In this document: one piece after another, positions 61,701 through 64,000 of the stretch
Layout of the letters: every line of letters begins with the position of its first letter
How positions within the stretch are numbered: position 1 is the stretch's first letter
Source: Camelus ferus
Taxonomy: Eukaryota
DNA length: 64,000 nt
Direction: 5' to 3'
NCBI RefSeq assembly: GCF_009834535.1
Contig: NC_045697.1
Coordinates: forward strand, 38,690,001-38,754,000
Notes under the pieces: generated by a model
Database searches by the model: none
What the model saw: the letters and a program-made list of their open reading frames with translations, nothing else
Told to the model about the DNA's origin: nothing
Program-made: the position numbers and the translations under genes

Positions 61701-63224
61701 GCTCAACTTTTACAAAGTGAAGACACCTGTGTAACCACCACTCAACTCAAGAACTGAAACATAACCAGCACCCTCGAGGCCTCCCAGTCATTAATCATCC
61801 TTCTGGCCCCCATAAAGGTTATCCATATTCTGACTTCTGTCACCACAGATTAGCTTTAGAATCATACAATGTTTTTTTCTTTAGTATGTACTTTTTAATG
61901 TCAAGATTCTTTCACATAGCATTGTAAGATTCATCCATGATTTTACTTGTAGAAGGAGTTCGTTCTTTTTTATTGCTGTAGAATATTCCATTATAGGAAC
62001 GTACATCCTTTATCCACTCCACTGCTGGACATTTCCCATGCTTCCAGATTGGGGCCACGATGAATAATGCTGCTATAAAAATTCCTGTGCATGTCTTCCA
62101 ATAAACATATGTATGCATCTTTGTTGAGTAGACACCCAGGAGAGGGATGCTGGGTCATGGGGTATGCATATATTCAGCTACTGTTTTAAGCACTTTACAT
62201 ATATTAATGCATTTAATCTCCACCACAACTCTATGAGATACGTGCTGTCATTATCCTCAGTTTAAAAAGGAGGAAATGGAGGCATTAAGAAGTCTATGCT
62301 GTCAAAACAGTTGCTTCAGTGCCTCTCTGTGATAGGCAGGGACCACATCAGCCCTGTGTGGTACAGAATTCCTAGTGTCTACCACGGCACCTTGCACATA
62401 CACAGCAGGAGCTCAACAAATCTTTTTTGAGTTAAGTATTAGAGAATAGCAGGAATCCACTGCCCCTCAACCCTATCTGACAACCCTTATATCTCAAGTG
62501 AGCTGAAAAATTTTCTCCATTTTTGGACACTAATTACAAATGAGTTGCCCCATCTTTGCTTTGTCTTAATGCTCTTTATTATCTATGCCACTGCAAAGGG
62601 AAATTGCTACAGATTAATCACAAAAATGATCACTCCCAATCCACTGACTCTGTGCACTGGACCTTTAAATATATGTCTAGCCCAGCAGGTGAGAAAACAG
62701 ACTCAGAAATTAGAAGACTTCCCCAAGATCAAACTGATGTTACTAGGAATCTTGGCACTAGATTTCAAGTCCTATGTGAAAGAGCTGTTCCCAGTGCTGA
62801 CCAGAATGACAAAGCAGGAGTACTTTGAGACTCTTGGGGATAAGTCACTTTTCCAACCAAGGGAATGCAAAACACTATAGGAATGTAACATGTTTGGTCA
62901 TTATTTCTAAGAGATAAAAGTCCAAAAAGTTAACCCCAGCCTTAATTTAGCAACTCAAAGCAAGTTCTCTGATAAGCTACTCATGTGTTCTCTAACAAAC
63001 TAAATGAAGATCACTGGGAACTAATTCCATAGGTTGGTGAGTCTCACAACTGCTTTCCTGTGATAATTTTATATACTCTGTTTGCAGAACCAGAGTCTGT
63101 ATCTCCCAAGAAAACTGCTCCTGAGATCACTGCAAATCGGTTTCCTCAAAGAACAACAGAACCAAAAGATTCTACAGGATGTTTTTGCAGACAGGAAAAC
63201 CCCTACATGACCCGACTTCATCAG
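46327..63224 (+). CDS. Nested antisense gene in PPAT intron 1: triple Myb/SANT-like (Myb_DNA-bind_4/trihelix) domain protein, 3'-incomplete
   Basis: 8 exons (382+87+435+90+72+372+66+137 = 1641 nt, 547 codons) join without a stop using canonical AG/GT sites; three copies of G[KR]HW..E V[KR]AL..W....RN..IF..IA..L...G..RDWKQCR.KYKNLK.EY. Confidence 0.85.
47101..47275 (-). mobile_element. tRNA-Ala-derived camelid SINE with TSD tctgctctatg
   Basis: TSD at 47090-47100 and 47276-47286. Confidence 0.88.
47447..47906 (-). mobile_element. Internally deleted Tigger1-family element
   Basis: TIRs caggcatacctc ... gaggtatgcct. Confidence 0.8.
51284..51370 (+). CDS. Nested gene exon 2 (linker GKMSVTLADKEDISENPLLLVSHIRPMEL)
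   Basis: Pyrimidine tract then CAG acceptor, G|GTAGGT donor, 87 nt, phase 1-1, open frame. Confidence 0.72.
51547..51774 (+). mobile_element. tRNA-derived SINE joined to an L1-3'UTR-like tail inside one 13-bp TSD
   Basis: TSD aaaatcatttcta at 51531-51543 and 51775-51787. Confidence 0.75.
53145..53579 (+). CDS. Nested gene exon 3 (Myb/SANT-like domain 2)
   Basis: 435 nt, phase 1-1, inside ORF 53072-53656. Confidence 0.88.
54682..54771 (+). CDS. Nested gene candidate exon 4 (VIAGDAAEDDLVSNTPVDLRETDRKQSPGT)
   Basis: CACAG acceptor with weak pyrimidine tract, CAG|GTAAAA donor, 90 nt, phase 1-1. Confidence 0.55.
55130..55272. mobile_element. MER5A-like hAT element
   Basis: aatcagaaactcgggttggggcccagcaatctg...caggtgattctgat...aagtttgagaac. 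Confidence 0.65.
57445..57965 (+). mobile_element. LTR fragment (MER21-like)
   Basis: LTR-like phrases (gagttcaatcatgtggccaatgattt, agttgttctggcaaattatcaaacctgag). Confidence 0.55.
58376..58463 (+). mobile_element. Short tRNA-Ala-derived SINE (head plus poly-A) inserted in an L1 fragment
   Basis: TSD aaagacacata at 58361-58371 and 58464-58474. Confidence 0.85.
59684..59755 (+). CDS. Nested gene exon 5 (EEDTVSTASEEAGGPIAPQSITGS)
   Basis: Strong pyrimidine tract then GACAG, CAG|GTAAC donor, 72 nt, phase 1-1. Confidence 0.75.
60267..60638 (+). CDS. Nested gene exon 6 (Myb/SANT-like domain 3)
   Basis: TTACAG acceptor, ATG|GTAACT donor, 372 nt, phase 1-1; includes ORF starting 60317. Confidence 0.88.
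60961..61026 (+). CDS. Nested gene exon 7 (ELFEGHTKNSRTLSIKRKAHED)
   Basis: TTTAAG acceptor, G|GTAAGA donor, 66 nt, phase 1-1. Confidence 0.75.
61670..62185 (-). mobile_element. Old L1 (L1ME-like) 3' fragment
   Basis: cacctgtgtaaccacca...gaatattccatt...gatgctgggtcat. Confidence 0.7.
63088..63224 (+). CDS. Nested gene exon 8 (EPESVSPKKTAPE...TRLHQ); gene continues off-window
   Basis: TTTGCAG acceptor, CAG|GTAAAT donor, 137 nt, phase 1-0. Confidence 0.72.
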
Positions 63225-64000
63225 GTAAATCTCATAAATTTTTAAAAGAGGTATGAAAATGGTTATCAGTTAGTTGTAGGGTTCAGTTCCTCACCCAAGG
63301 AAGTGATAATACACTGAAGGACATTTTCATCTCCTAACTAACCAAGGAAAGGCTAACTAGTTGGTTCATGGGATAAATCTATGAAATTTTAGTAATTCCT
63401 TTTAGGGAGTCTTCAAATACGTCCATGTCATTCTAGTCTCCATAAAATGTCACTGTGGTTTAAAGATGAAGATTTCTGATCTAGGGAAGGTGGGTGGTGT
63501 GGTTTGTCCAGAATCCTGCAAACCAATGAACTAATGTTTTCTGAACAGAAAAACCACTTGGTGATTATATGAATCTGGTGTGAACAAGCCTGCACACACA
63601 GCTCACAGCTGAATACAACAACTAGTTAGTTTAAAACTGAAAATTCCTCCTGACAGTAAGTAGAGCTATGGAATAAACTTGCAAATAGCCAGACTACTAA
63701 AAAGAAGTACTTCTGGGTGAGCCCATCTGTATTAATTGTCCAGTGCATGACTGTATAGCAACTGATACTCCATTTGCTTTCATATATAAAATACATATTA
63801 CAATTTTCAGCTACTCTGTTATCCCTAAGACTAAATTTGTTTAGGTCAGATTATGGCTAAGATAAAGACAGAACCAAATACAATGCAAAAGTGACAGAAA
63901 TTTCATCTTCTAGATCCCATGTTTAGGAAGATAATGTATAAGTGATAAATTCTTTCATCAAAAAGGGAGGGGAAATCAACAGAATCTTGTTTTAAAACTA

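Noticed and set aside
1..64000. CRISPR arrays, rRNA genes or prokaryotic systems
   Set aside because: The sequence is intron-rich mammalian DNA; I saw no repeat-spacer arrays or rRNA similarity.

Overview
Mammalian genomic DNA, very likely camelid judging by its tRNA-Ala-derived SINEs, spanning the AASDH-PPAT region. On the minus strand are AASDH (CpG promoter and exon 1 near 24.3-24.45 kb, coding exons 2-14 down to position 680, last exon off-window) and PPAT (exons 2-11, 43677 to the stop at 32032, exon 1 off-window to the right). The main surprise is an apparently intact multi-exon gene on the plus strand, nested antisense inside PPAT intron 1. I traced 8 exons from ATG 46327 to 63224 (547 codons, no stop, continuing off-window) that encode three Myb/SANT-like (trihelix) DNA-binding domains and point towards the expected PPAT/PAICS bidirectional promoter. 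Other notable points: an in-frame 69-bp duplication in the last PPAT exon next to the Fe-S CxxC motif; a SINE whose target-site duplication copied the AASDH exon-10 splice donor; a 35-nt U2 snRNA retrocopy; a near full-length Tigger2-family transposon; and a solo ERV LTR upstream of the nested gene. Exon boundaries were inferred by eye from GT/AG sites and frame continuity. Repeat family names and comparisons with human come from memory, not from database searches.
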